This document shows positions 52,508-64,000 of a DNA stretch of 64,000 nucleotides, one piece after another. Position 1 is the stretch's first letter. The number at the start of each line of letters is the position of its first letter. Origin of the DNA: Octopus sinensis (Eukaryota); the NCBI RefSeq assembly GCF_006345805.1, contig NW_021836133.1, positions 124,001 through 188,000 on the forward strand. Direction: 5' to 3'. A model generated the notes under the pieces. That model searched no databases. It saw nothing but the letters and a program-made list of their open reading frames with translations, and was not told the origin of the DNA. A program made the translations under genes and the position numbers.

Positions 52508-53951
52508 TGTCGCAGTAAATAGGGATTCCAGGAAATAGCGATCCGTAGTAAATAGAGCGCATAGTATTCAAATATAAATAAATTAAGCAATTTATATGTC
52601 TATTTAGTAATAATCATTTTTATTTTTGAAAATGTTTTTATTTTTTGCAAAAAATAATAAATTTTTATTTGAGCATGGGATATCTATCGATGTGCAATTA
52701 TGAAAGGGATCAGATTATTGATTATCTAGTCAATGCGAATTTACCGTCAACACTCAGTACCGCCAATGAAATTCGTTCCTTCAGGCTCCGGGCGAGTAAG
52801 TTTATTCACTTTCCGCCGAATCCTGGTATCTCTATTTACTGTAACAATCATTTTTATTTTTGAAAATGTTTTTATTTTTTGCAAAAAATAATAAATTTTT
52901 ATTTGAGCATGGGATATCTATCGATGTGCAATTATGAAAGGGATCAGATTATCCTGTTCATTTTCCCTGTTCATTTGATGTATGGCCCACGGATTAGAGA
53001 ACAAATGGCTCGAGGTCATACTCAGGCACTCATTGAATATATTGATTCCATCAATCAACTTGACTACAATGAAGAGCCAAGAACCGAGCAAATTCAACAA
53101 GAACTACATGGACTTGATGTGGAAACAAACGACAACGAGATGGATCGACTTGTAGTAGCTTCTGCAGCAGCCGAAGATTTACGAGATATTGCGAGGAGGA
53201 ATACTAATAGTGCTGCTGAATCCATGAGGAGACGATCTAATTGGAGGAATGATATCCTTGACTTTCCTCTGGGGACGAAAGTGGTCATCCACACCGACAC
53301 AGATACGAATACAACAACACGCCGTCGACCATTCCACGAACATTTGGATTGTACTGAATATACTGTCGTTGGGATTTTACAGCACGACAGGGTCCAAATT
53401 AGTTCGACGAATATGTTGATCAATCATGAGGCCCCTTACGAGATCGATATTAATAGACTAGCTATCGTTGGAAAACTATAAAAATTTTGTTTCGGAATAA
53501 ACTTCTTTATATCTTAAATTTTTGTTCTTTTATGATTGCAATCGAAAATAGACAACTATTTGCTATTTCAAAAAAAAAAGAATTTGAATTACTTTTCCAT
53601 ATTTTCATTTTTGTTTAAATAAAATGAAATCGAAACTAAAATACACTCCATAAAGATTTAAACGCGAAATTGACTAAATTGTTAACAAAAAGCGTCATTT
53701 AAACATTTAAAAAAATTAACAATTCAAACAATAAACGAATCTATTCTTAAGCAAATATTTTCATTATTCCTGTACGATTTTAAAGCAGATTTTGTAGTAA
53801 GCTATTTATTAATTTATAAAATTATCAAATTAACGAAAAAATCGTCCTGCACAGTATTTGTCTTTATAGATTTCTCTATTTGCACAATATAAAATTTTAT
53901 AATTATTTTACTTCGGATCGCTATTTCCTGGTATCTCTATTTACTGTAACA
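52508..53951 (+). mobile_element. Ginger2/TDD-like non-autonomous element
   Basis: TGT...ACA termini, ~45-bp imperfect TIRs (gtaaatagggattccaggaaatagcgatccg) and a 5-bp TSD ATAAT. The internal ORF keeps the N- and C-terminal parts but lacks the DDE core. Confidence 0.8.
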
Positions 53952-54875
53952 ATAATTGTCACCAGAAAAATTAGAATCAACACTATTAAAAAAACTCGTG
54001 AGCGTTATTTTAATAAAAATGGAAACTAGAACTATAAAAAATAAACAATAAAATACTAAAAATGATCAATATGGTGTAGAAGAAAATAAATTTAATTGAA
54101 AAAATTCCATAGGAATGGAGATTAATTAATTGATAAAATGAATACAAATTTACTTGCAAAATAAACCTTATTCAGGATATTTTACAAACGGTCAATTTAA
54201 TTAATCTTCAAATATATAAAAATGATAATATTATAAAAAAAATATATTGATAGCAAGAAATAATAAAATAAGAATTAACAACAGGAATGCACAACACAAG
54301 AAAAGAATACAACGTGCTTAACACGTGAATAATTTTTTTATTCAATTTGATAAATTAGGAAAAATATAAATAATAAATAAGATTTAATAAAAAAAATTTA
54401 ATATCTTAAATATGTTTAAACTCAGTAGGAACTTAGTTTCAGCCGTTTCACATTAGTGAGGACGTCCTGTGTACCAACATACCAATAATGGGCAATTCAC
54501 ATTTAGACATTCATCTATTTAGAACTTTTTTAGGACCAAATTTATGAATTTTCTGTTTGATTAATGACGGAAGGTTAGACAATAGACAATATAAACAAAA
54601 TATCTTTTTATTCGGATCAAACCAATCTCTGAAAATCTCTGAGACTCCTCCTCGAGATGATTAAACCAATTTCTGAGAAAAGTTTGAGGGCTTTGGGTTT
54701 TTAATGACTGACTTTGAGCACAGTCCACACATTCAGCACAAACTTTTTAGATAATTAATCTCTTTATACTAAAAAAAATATTTTACAGAATATTCTTTCA
54801 ATTTGTTTAATTCATAATGCGTTTTCAAATGTAAATTCCAAAATTCAGATTTAATGGTTTATATATACAGTAGAC

Positions 54876-56372
54876 CAGGGGTGTCAAACTCATTTCTTCC
54901 GCGGGCCGGATTAAAAAAATTTTAGGCTCCGCGGGCCAGACTATTTATTTTTGATTTAACAAAATTCATACTAGGCTCCGCGGGCCAGACTTTTTAATTT
55001 ATAATTTTAATTTAAAATCATTTAACAACACATTTATTAATTTTTATAATTAAAATATGTTCCAGAAACTTGACATCTTTTTTTCTTCATAATAGCGTCA
55101 ATATCTGGAGTGAAATCCTGAGTTAGAATCTCACTTAGATGAGTGTGGGTGAGCCTTGATCGAAATTTTGTTTTGTTTATGTTCATTAAAGACAAAAGTT
55201 GTTCACATAGATATGTACTTCCAAACATTGACAAGATTTTCGTAGTTAAAGCTGTTAAGTTGGGATACTTCGGCAAGAGATATTTATAAAAGGTGTCTAA
55301 GCCCACTATGGTAAATTTATTCTTCAGATCTGAGTCACATTTCAAATCAAAAATTTCCAATTGTAAGTTAGCTGCAAGATGTGTAATATTTGCAGTGAAT
55401 GGTGATCGAAAAACAATAAATTCTTTTTCAAGTTCACGAAAAATTTCAAAACGTGTCTCTAACTGTTGAAGTAATCCTGTTATTTTCACTTTATAACGAC
55501 TCATATCAACATTCGATGTGGTGGAAATTACACTTTTTAATCAAGAAAAATGCTCAGTGTTTCCCACTGTCAATTGTGTCTCCCATAACATTAGCTTCAT
55601 GGTGAAAGCTTGTATGCATTCGAAATATTGTGTAACAACTTTATTTCGTCCTTGCAAATTTTTGTTAAGCGTGTTCAGGTGTTCTGTAATATCCCAAGTC
55701 TAGCAACCAATCAAGAGATTCCAATTCTGGTAAGGGTTTGTTTTTTGCAAACATGAAGTGTTTGATTTCTTCTTTTAAATCGAAAAATCTCTCCAATACC
55801 AAACCTCGACTTAACCAGCTGCCTCACTATCATCTCGAAATTTGGAAAAAGAAGATTGCTGATTCCGCAAACATGCAAGTAGTGCATCGTACTTCTCTTT
55901 TCTAATTTTTCCCATCAAATTATTGTATTCATGAGCATGGTGGGTTTGGTAATGTCGTCGAATGTTATATTCTTTGACAACTGAAATTTCTTGTCTACAG
56001 ACCAAACAAGTAGGTTTCCGATTTAAATCGGCAAAGAAATATTCCAGTTTCCACTTTTTTTTGAGAAGATCTGCATTCTGTATCAACTTTACGTTTTGTT
56101 GAAAAAGGCATCAACACAAGACAAGAAAAACAATTAGAATAATATAAATTTAAAAATATATTCATTTAGATAAAATTATTAAACAATTAATTATTTTTTA
56201 AGTAATAATTTTTTTATCTTTATTTATATTCTAGAATCTAGATTCTTGTATTTTTATTTGGTGTTAAACAATAAATTTAGATTTTAAATACACTTTTAAA
56301 CTTTTACCGCGGGCCATTTGAGATCGTCCGCGGGCCAGCTCTGGCCCGGGGGCCGTATCTTTGACACCCCCG
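54876..56372 (-). mobile_element. hAT Charlie/Buster (SPIN/GTF2IRD2-like) transposon, internally deleted
   Basis: TIR caggggtgtcaaa / tttgacacccccg and gcgggcc subterminal repeats. Motifs WKLEYFF...CLVC...KEYNIRRHYQTHH and MFGSTYLCEQ...RSRL. Confidence 0.92.
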
Positions 56373-56373
56373 A

Positions 56374-57211
56374 TTTAGACAGAACAGAAGAGTCGATAGT
56401 GTAAATCGACGAGTGCAAATTTTTTCACAGAAAGTACCATCGAGGTCATTGGCAACCAGGCCATTGGGTATTGGGTGGAATAGACAGGAAACTAGAAAGT
56501 GCTTTTTTGAAAAAGTTGCAAGTTCTTTTTTCCATTTATCCTTTAGACATAACAGAAGTGTCGATAGTGGAAATCGACGAGTGCAAATTTTTTCACAGAA
56601 AGTACCATCGAGGTCATTGGCAACCAGGCCATTGGGTATTGGGTGGAATAGACAGGAAACTAGAAAGTGCTTTTTTGAAAAAGTTGCAAGTGCTTTTTTC
56701 CATTTATCCTTTAGACAGAACAGAAGAGTCGATAGTGGAAATCGACGAGTGCAAATTTTTTCACAGAAAGTACCATCGAAGTCATTGGCAACCAGGCCAT
56801 TGGGTATTGGGTGGAATAGACAGGAAACTAGAAAGTGCTTTTTTGAAAAAGTTGCAAGTGCTTTTTTCCATTTATCCTTTAGACAGAACAGAAGTGTCGA
56901 TAGTGGAAATCGACGAGTGCAAATTTTTTCACAGAAAGTACCATCGAGGTCATTGGCAACCAGGCCATTGGGTATTGGGTGGAATAGACAGGAAACTAGA
57001 AAGTGCTTTTTTGAAAAAGTTGCAAGTGCTTTTTTCCATTTATCCTTTAGACAGAACAGCGGAAACACTCAATGAAGTTATCGTTCAGCGCGTACTTCCC
57101 GGCACCCATATCATTACTGATGGTTGGGCCGCCTATAATGGGATTACGCGGATTGGAGGGATTTATTCACGGAATATGCAAATTTTCAACCCCCTTAAAA
57201 CTTGTGGATGA
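56374..57211 (+). mobile_element. Merlin/IS1595 transposase fragment with 4 tandem 168-bp units
   Basis: Units start at 56388, 56556, 56724 and 56892; same motifs as 50969-51660. Confidence 0.9.
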
Positions 57212-59019
57212 AGAAAATAATGTGATTGCCCATCGTCCAAATGAAAGATTTCAGATGGATTTAATTGATCTGAAGGGGTTTCAATTATGGTATTGTTTAT
57301 TAAAGATTTATATATTTTTGCCGCGGTAGCCAAGAATTGATCGACGAATCAATAGAGGTTCGATCGATATTTCGACATTACGATTCAAATCTCGTGCCAA
57401 TTGTTTATCAAGTTGCTCTTGGTCTGGTAACATCGAGCATCTTCTCTGAATCCAAACTACCCAAAAATTCTCAATCTCTCTTGGAACAACATGTTGTGAT
57501 ATAGGCAACCCATGCAAAATTAGTATACAATTGGATGATCTACCGATTTAACATGCCAATTGTTTATCAAGTTGCTCTTGGTCTGGTAACATCAAGCATC
57601 TTATCTGACTCCAAACTACCCAAAAATTCTCAATCTCTCTTGGAACAAAATGTTATGATATAGGCATCCCATGCAAAATTAGTATACAATTGAATGATCT
57701 ACCTATTTAACATCAATACTATGATTTTTTATTAAATTGTTTTGTACTGGTGGTCCCCCAGAAAAATTCAACAACCAAAGTGGTTCCCGGTTAAAAAGGC
57801 CAAGAAACGTACATACAAAAAGTGTGTAGGGTCACGGTCGGAGTCACCAGAAAAATTAGAATCAACACTATTAAAAAAACTCGTAAGCGTTATTTTAATG
57901 AAAATGGAAACTAGAACTTTAAAAAATAAACAATAAAATACTAAAAATGATCAATATGGTATAGAAGAAAATAAATTTAATTGAAAAAATTCAATAGGAA
58001 TGGAGATTAATTAATTGATAAAATGAATACAAATTTACTTGCAAAATAAACCTTATTCAGGATATTTTACAAACGGTCAATTTAATTAATCTTGAAAATA
58101 TATAAAAATGATAATATTATAAAAGAAATATATTGATAGCAAGAAATAATAAAATAAGAATTAACAACAGGAATGCACAACACAAGAAAAGAATATAACG
58201 TGCTTAACACGTGAATAATTTTTTTATTCAATTTGATAAATTAGGAAAAATATAAATAATAAATAAGATTTAATTAAAAAATTTAATATCTTAGGTCTGT
58301 TTGAACTTAGTAGGAATTTAGTTTCAGCCGTTTCACATTAGTGAGGACGTCCGGTTTACCAACATACCAATAATGGGCAATTTACATTTAGACATTCATC
58401 AATTTAGAACTCTTTTAGGACGAAATTTATAGATTTCTGTTTGATTAATGACAAAAGGTTAGACAATAGACAATATAAACAAAATATCTTTTCATTCGGA
58501 TCATATCCGTCGATAACGTATCAATACAACTAACATAATTAAACATAAGCAAACTTTTTGATAACGACACGTCCGCGTTACCCATACTATCGTCTTACAT
58601 AATTGACTTATATTGTTACCTAGTTTTTGTGAAAATTGACCTAGATTAAAAACCCCTTGTTTAAATTACTTTTCCTTCTCATTTTTGAGGTCTTTACTGT
58701 TTTCTGATTGCAATATTTAAGGAGGTCTAAAATTATAAAATAAAGCTTTTAAAATAGAAGAAATTAGAAATGCTTTATATGAATTAGTACCTTAGGCAAA
58801 GTAAAATTTGAAATAAATATCGATTATGTTAAAAATATATTTGATGCCACGATTCAGACTAGGGACTCAAATCTTTTATATCCATCTAATAACCTTCGTT
58901 TGGAGTTTTTGCTTTAATGTTAATCAAAGGAATATGCACTTTTAATGACTGACTTTGAGCACAGTCCACACATTCAGCACAAACATTTCCGATAATTAAT
59001 CTCTTTATACTAAAAAATA

Positions 59020-59300
59020 GTTGTCAGACTATTCTTCAGAGATCGGCCGCTAACTTTGCTGAAAAAGCAAAAATTGCCAAATATTCCACAATCGGAGATT
59101 CGTACCGCTTTGTTCCTGTGGCAGTCGAGACTTCGGGTGTCACAGGAACTGTAACTGAGTCATTCCTCAAAGAAATCGGACGTAAAATCGCTCATATAAA
59201 AAACGACTGGAGGGAACCCACATGGCTTCGACAGAGAATAGGTTTGGCCGTTGTTCGCGGCAATGCCTATTCAATTATGTCGTCAGCCGCGAATTAATTA
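59020..59300 (+). mobile_element. CRE-like RLE 3' fragment
   Basis: AANFAEKAKIAKY...FVPVAVETSGV...WLRQRIGLAVVRGNA. Confidence 0.75.
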
Positions 59301-59452
59301 TATGCGCGTTTTGGAATTGGAACCGTCCATACCTCTTTTTTTTAACATTAGCACTATATAAAACAAAAATGACTATTCTTTCAATTTGTTTACTTCATAA
59401 TGCGTTTTCAAATGTAAACTCCAACTTTCAGATTTAATAGTTGACAAATGTA

Positions 59453-59720
59453 CAGTGCTCGTCAAAAAAATTGCTCAGCCATTTTTTCATGCTTTTATTG
59501 ACAAATTAATGAAAAATTTAATCTTACGCTTCATTTTTATTCTAATTCTTAAGTATATTAATTTATTAATGCGATTTCATTTCAATATAAGGAATTTAAA
59601 GCATAAAAATTTAAATCTTGTGACAAAAAACATTGCTCACTTTTCTTGTTATTGCATATGCCACGTTCTCCAAAGAAAGAAACAGTTAACTGAATTTAAA
59701 AAAGGGATGATTATTGCTTA
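59453..59720 (+). mobile_element. Tc1-like 5' end
   Basis: TA-CAGTGCTCGTCAAAAAAATTGCTCA, an internal repeat near 59620, and the start KQLTEFKKGMII. Confidence 0.65.
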
Positions 59721-59734
59721 AATAATAATAATTG

Positions 59735-60605
59735 GATCGAAATTTTGTTCGGGTACACATGCTGGAACAGATTGCAAGGACTCTAACATGAAAAAATGTG
59801 TCAACTGCGGTTCTTCGAGCCACTTGGCAAATTATCGGGGCTGTAAGAAAGCTAAAGAAGCTTCAAAGCTAAAAAATGATAAAATTCTGGTTCAGAAACT
59901 GTTAAAAGAAGCTTCGGAGAATGCTAAAATCAACTAAACAGACATAAAAAATTTACCTTTGAAGCCATGGGCGGGATGGAACGTTCCAAGAGTTAGGAAA
60001 ACAGTTGAAGTTGGAACACAGACAGAGGAAACGACTATATCTCACTCGGCGGTGCAGACTTTGTCGACTTCAGGAGCTGGGTCAATGACGGGTCGACCTC
60101 GAGCTGACTTAATTAATGAGCTCGAAAGATCTATTAAGGACATGACCAGAACTAAAAAAGATGCCAAGTTTTTACTCGGTTTGGTGGCTCTCCTAAAAGA
60201 GGGAAGCAGCCACCAAATAAATCAAACGTGACCAGGATTACCCTGGTTAATGCCCGCTCTCTTCGAAAGCGGGCAGCAGAGCTGATAGCTCTTATCAGCA
60301 CAGTTCAGATGGATGTATTTATCATTAACGAGACGAAAATGAAGAAGTCTGGAAGTATCACTATTCCTGGATACAGCTCGATTGATATTCCTTGGCATCC
60401 TGGTGCTAACGCCGGCACAGGAACATCAATATTTTACAAAAAATCTATTGACATTCGGAATCCAAGAATAATTGAACAGAATGTATGTGAATTAGCATCC
60501 ATTGATTTAAAAACTTCTATTGGATGGATAACCGTTGGAGGTATATACTCCAAAAGGTTGAAAGATTATTCGTCGATTGTCAAAAATTTTATGGAAGGAA
60601 AGGAA
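59735..60605 (+). mobile_element. LINE ORF1 end (CCHC knuckles) plus ORF2 APE start
   Basis: CRNCVNCGSSSHLANYRGC-type knuckles; RITLVNARSL...DVFIINETK. Confidence 0.8.
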
Positions 60606-60607
60606 AT

Positions 60608-61446
60608 GATCGCCTTGTGTCTTGGAAATTGTCCTGCACTTCTTCGACAAGAGAGAGCATGGTGTCCGTAACAATCGACGGTGGCCCCACACCGGCATTT
60701 GTGAGTCCGGCAAATCTCCAGTCCAAGTCTGGTGCTGATGTCAATTCGGACAGTATCGTCGTCAAAGTGAGTTCCGACACTATCAACGGGGAGTGCATTG
60801 ATCCAAGCTCCACTCGATTCGCATCTTCCAGTCACTAGACAGGCACGTCTGTGTTGGTTTGACTGGTTCAGAAGCCTCTCGTATTTATCCTCGCAGATGG
60901 TCTTGTAACGATTTTTCTGCTCAAGCATCATCCCTCTCGAATGCTCCATCTCTGTGATTTCAGATGATTCAGTTTGGAGTTGGAGAATCATCCTGATCAG
61001 CAGTTGGTTGGAGTCCAAAGAGGATAGATATGCGGGGCGAGCCAGATCATTCGGAGAAGGGATTCCCAGTCCGCCCAGGTTAACGGGTAGGGTCGCTTGG
61101 TCCCACCCTTGGTCGTCGAATTTCACATTCGTAATGCGTTCAATTGTGGTCCGAAAGAGACGATCGATATTGTCGAGCTGTTGCGTTTTCAGGTAGCAGG
61201 GTCACCCCGAAGAACGTAATTTAGTTTCTGTGCTGACAAGGCGTTTTTTAGCAGGAATAGGGAGGTATGTGCGTCTAGCAACTCCAAACGTCTGAAAGTT
61301 GTTTTTAGTTGATGTTCTTTTGTTATTAAAGTGTTACTGATTCCTGCATCAGTGAGAGGGCATCCAAGTATTTCTAGTTGTTCTGGTTTGGTTTCTGTGG
61401 CTTTAGGGATGATCTCTCTGAATGTTGACAAATTATTTTTTAGCAA
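60608..61446 (-). mobile_element. CRE-like RT/RLE retroelement fragment
   Basis: QATLPVNLGGLGIP, SGAWINALP, and CRCG...HALSC...RH. Confidence 0.85.
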
Positions 61447-62401
61447 TTACAATTGTTTGTTTCTTATTTGGTTTTAATCTAGAATCTTTTAGTAAAAAAA
61501 TTTTTTTATTTATAAATCTTGACTTTTTCATTTCAATTAAACTTACATCAATCGTATTGCTTTTTAAATAAAAAACAATGTTTTGTACTCTACAATAGTT
61601 AGTACTAAATTTTTAAGTAGCATTTTTTACAAAAACGGAAAAATCTGAATAACACCTGTCTAAATATTGGTTAAAATATAGTGAGACCTTGAATTGAAAA
61701 AATCGAGTTGCGGGGAACCTACTTTTTGGGAGAACCCTTGCTTTTGGAGAAATATTATTGCCATCCCTGTAAAATACAATGATTTTATGAAATAAACCGC
61801 TTTTTGGGGAAAATTTTACATTATCATAGACCGATAATTAATATATTTCTATGTTTTCAAATCAATGGGCCAACCTTATAGCCTATTGCGCGTAAAATTG
61901 TGTATTGAAATTATCATTAAAAATACGATTTTTAATGTAAAATTCATTTTTTACCAATTTATATTAACAAAACCAACCACACGCAATTTATGAAATTAGC
62001 GTATACGTTTGAATATTGTTGTTTCATTTTAGGTTTTTTTTTCACTTTAGTGATTTATTAAGGTCAAAAGAAAATAGAGAAGTTAACTAAATTAGATGAG
62101 TCGCCGAGCGGATGGACAGGCAATTTCCACGCAATATCGCGAACGATATCCACTGAAAAAGCCAGCTTGTTTCACGATTTTAGGTTATTCTAATATTTTT
62201 TGGATAAAATTTATTGTTAATTTTTAATAAAAAATTATTTTTATTCTAGATTAAAAAGTATCAATCAATTTAGGAATAGGAATAGGAAGTTTTATTGGAA
62301 ACAGAGAAGGGTTAAAGGTTAGGGGGGAGTTTGTATAATGAAACAATAGGACTACCCTATCGACTTCTTCCCAGAAAAAAAAAAAAGAGACCCCCTCAAG
62401 T

Positions 62402-62403
<2 letters not shown>

Positions 62404-62435
<32 letters not shown>

Positions 62436-64000
62436 CTTTTCTACCTCTGCAGGTACGTCCCAGTGACAATTGAGTTGGATTTATAACCACTTATAGCTTT
62501 TTCGACAGTTTCACCGACCATGGAGGATTTACTTTCAAGCCACAGGGGGATTGGATCTTCAACTTTTTGGTGGTAAGCAAGCTTCAAAGCGAGCCTGCGA
62601 GACTTTTCAAATTTAGTTAAGATGGTGTCCTTCTTTTTAGAGAAGTACCATCCCTCTTTTCCGTATAGTAGTCCCGGTAGGATCACCGTATTGAAAACGT
62701 AGAGGAAAGTATCAGGCTCCAAATTTAACTTCCTCAGGCAGAACAGAGCATTAGTTGCTTTCCTTTTACTTAATTTTGCGTTTTCGAGATAGTTTCCCTT
62801 TTCATCGATGAACAAGCCAAGATATTTAATTGAGTTTTGTCGAGGTATGTTCTTGATCAGGCACGGTAAATTTATTAAATTTCTGCTTTCTGTGATTCTC
62901 AGTAATGCGGACTTCTCACGCGCAATAATGAACATATTTTCATCGCACCATTGCTCCACTGTATTCATATATGATATAATCCTTTGTTCGGATAAGGCAG
63001 GTTTCGATGAAATGTCAAGGATTACAACATCATCGGCGTATATCAAAATTTCCGTCCGTGTGTTGACAGGAGACGGCAGATTGCTCATCACAATGTTGAA
63101 TAATAGAGGACTGAGGACTGATCCTTGAGGGACGCCTCTTTTAAGTTTCAGTTCATCCGAGTCATAGTTCAGAAAGCTTATCACAGAGCGCCTGTCGCGG
63201 AGGAAGTCTTTTAGCCATAGGAATAGTCCTTTGTCTATGTGACACTTCGCCAGATGTCTAAGGAGACCGAGGTGCCAAACCATATCAAAGGCTTTTGAGA
63301 TGTCTAGAGACACAATTGTCAGACACTCTTTGAAATCCAGAGCCTTTACAATCGACGAATTGAGTGTATAAAGACAGTCAGCACAGGAACGACCCCTCCG
63401 AAAGCCCCACTGCACGTCTTTGAGATAACCATTTCTCTCGACGTGTTCAGAGAGTCGTTCAAACATTACCCTTTCCATTATTCGACTGATGGTAGGAATT
63501 AGGCTTATAGGCCTATAACTTGTCGCCAAGTAACCAGGTTTTCCAGGCTTCCGTATCATCCTTACCTCCGTCAGTTTCCATGAAGAAGGGACGTATCCCA
63601 AGCTCACACTGCGGGAGAAGAGACATCCCAAATATTCGTAAAGTTGCTTGGGAGCTTCTTTGAACATGCGCATGGTTATCTTGTCCTTTCCCGGAGCGTT
63701 ATTTTTGGAGTATCTAACTGCATTTTCCACGTCTTTGCACGTTATAGATTCCGAGCACATTGGTAATGAGCTAAGATTGTCTTCCAACTCTTTTTCCATA
63801 TCAAACAAAGCTGAATCAGATAGATTTGTATCCGGATTGACTTCTTGTATTCTTTTGAGACTATCAGCAAATATGTTCGGGATTTCTTCATGAGATGCAG
63901 GGGATCCATCTTGTTTTAGCAGTTTAGGTATAGTTTTCTCAGACGTCGAGGTTAATTTCGAGTAGACCTTCCAAAAATTTGGACTTCCTTTATGTAGCTT
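62404..64000 (-). mobile_element. Young LINE (Jockey/I-group-like) with an open RT ORF and poly(A) tail; continues past the window end
   Basis: APGKDKI, YRPISL, QWGFR, LDISKAFD, GVPQGSVLSPLLF and YADD motifs. Stop at 62441 is immediately followed by poly(A). Confidence 0.93.

Larger units (their letters stand above)
50991..59450. repeat. Tandem segmental duplication (about 50991-54870 / 56374-59450) separated by a hAT element
   Basis: Colinear matches 51005-52100 with 56388-57810, 53958-54615 with 57843-58500, and 54700-54855 with 58940-59440. Confidence 0.88.

Noticed and set aside
50951-57211. 168-bp repeat arrays as CRISPR arrays, or the 164-254 aa alternative-frame ORFs as genuine genes
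   Set aside because: Units are head-to-tail with no unique spacers and no cas genes. Only one frame matches a Merlin transposase; the others are shadows of a 3n repeat.

Overview
This is AT-rich eukaryotic (animal) nuclear DNA, not prokaryotic. Host genes are split by very small spliceosomal introns, mostly 21-32 nt and often exactly 24 nt, so the ORF track only shows fragments. Tiny introns together with innexin, C-type lectin, adhesion-GPCR, CNG-channel and axonemal-dynein genes fit a dicyemid mesozoan best; that is an inference. Manual splicing recovers CFAP410 (partial), RPAP2, RRP12, a multi-C-type-lectin type-I receptor, a Rubicon-homology gene, two tandem UQCRH copies, a cathepsin-L-like protease with an unusual active site, and tRNA-Thr(AGT). 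There are also disrupted genes that keep their introns: CNGB-like, innexin, adhesion GPCR, axonemal dynein heavy chain, and three copies of an orphan surface-protein family. Much of the rest is transposon-derived: Tc1, pogo/Tigger, hAT, Merlin, Ginger-like integrase elements, Helitron, APE-type LINEs and RLE-type (CRE-like, R4-like) retroelements. The most notable observations are a CFAP410 exon flanked by perfectly complementary introns, fixed-length 24-nt stop-free introns with weak donors, a Merlin transposase containing a tiny intron amplified into in-frame 168-bp arrays, a hAT element exactly at a tandem-duplication junction, a natural Q19E papain-family protease, and transposons resembling microsporidian families. 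Several frameshifts are single-base homopolymer indels and may be assembly errors. No database searches were run, and boundaries of degraded remnants are approximate.
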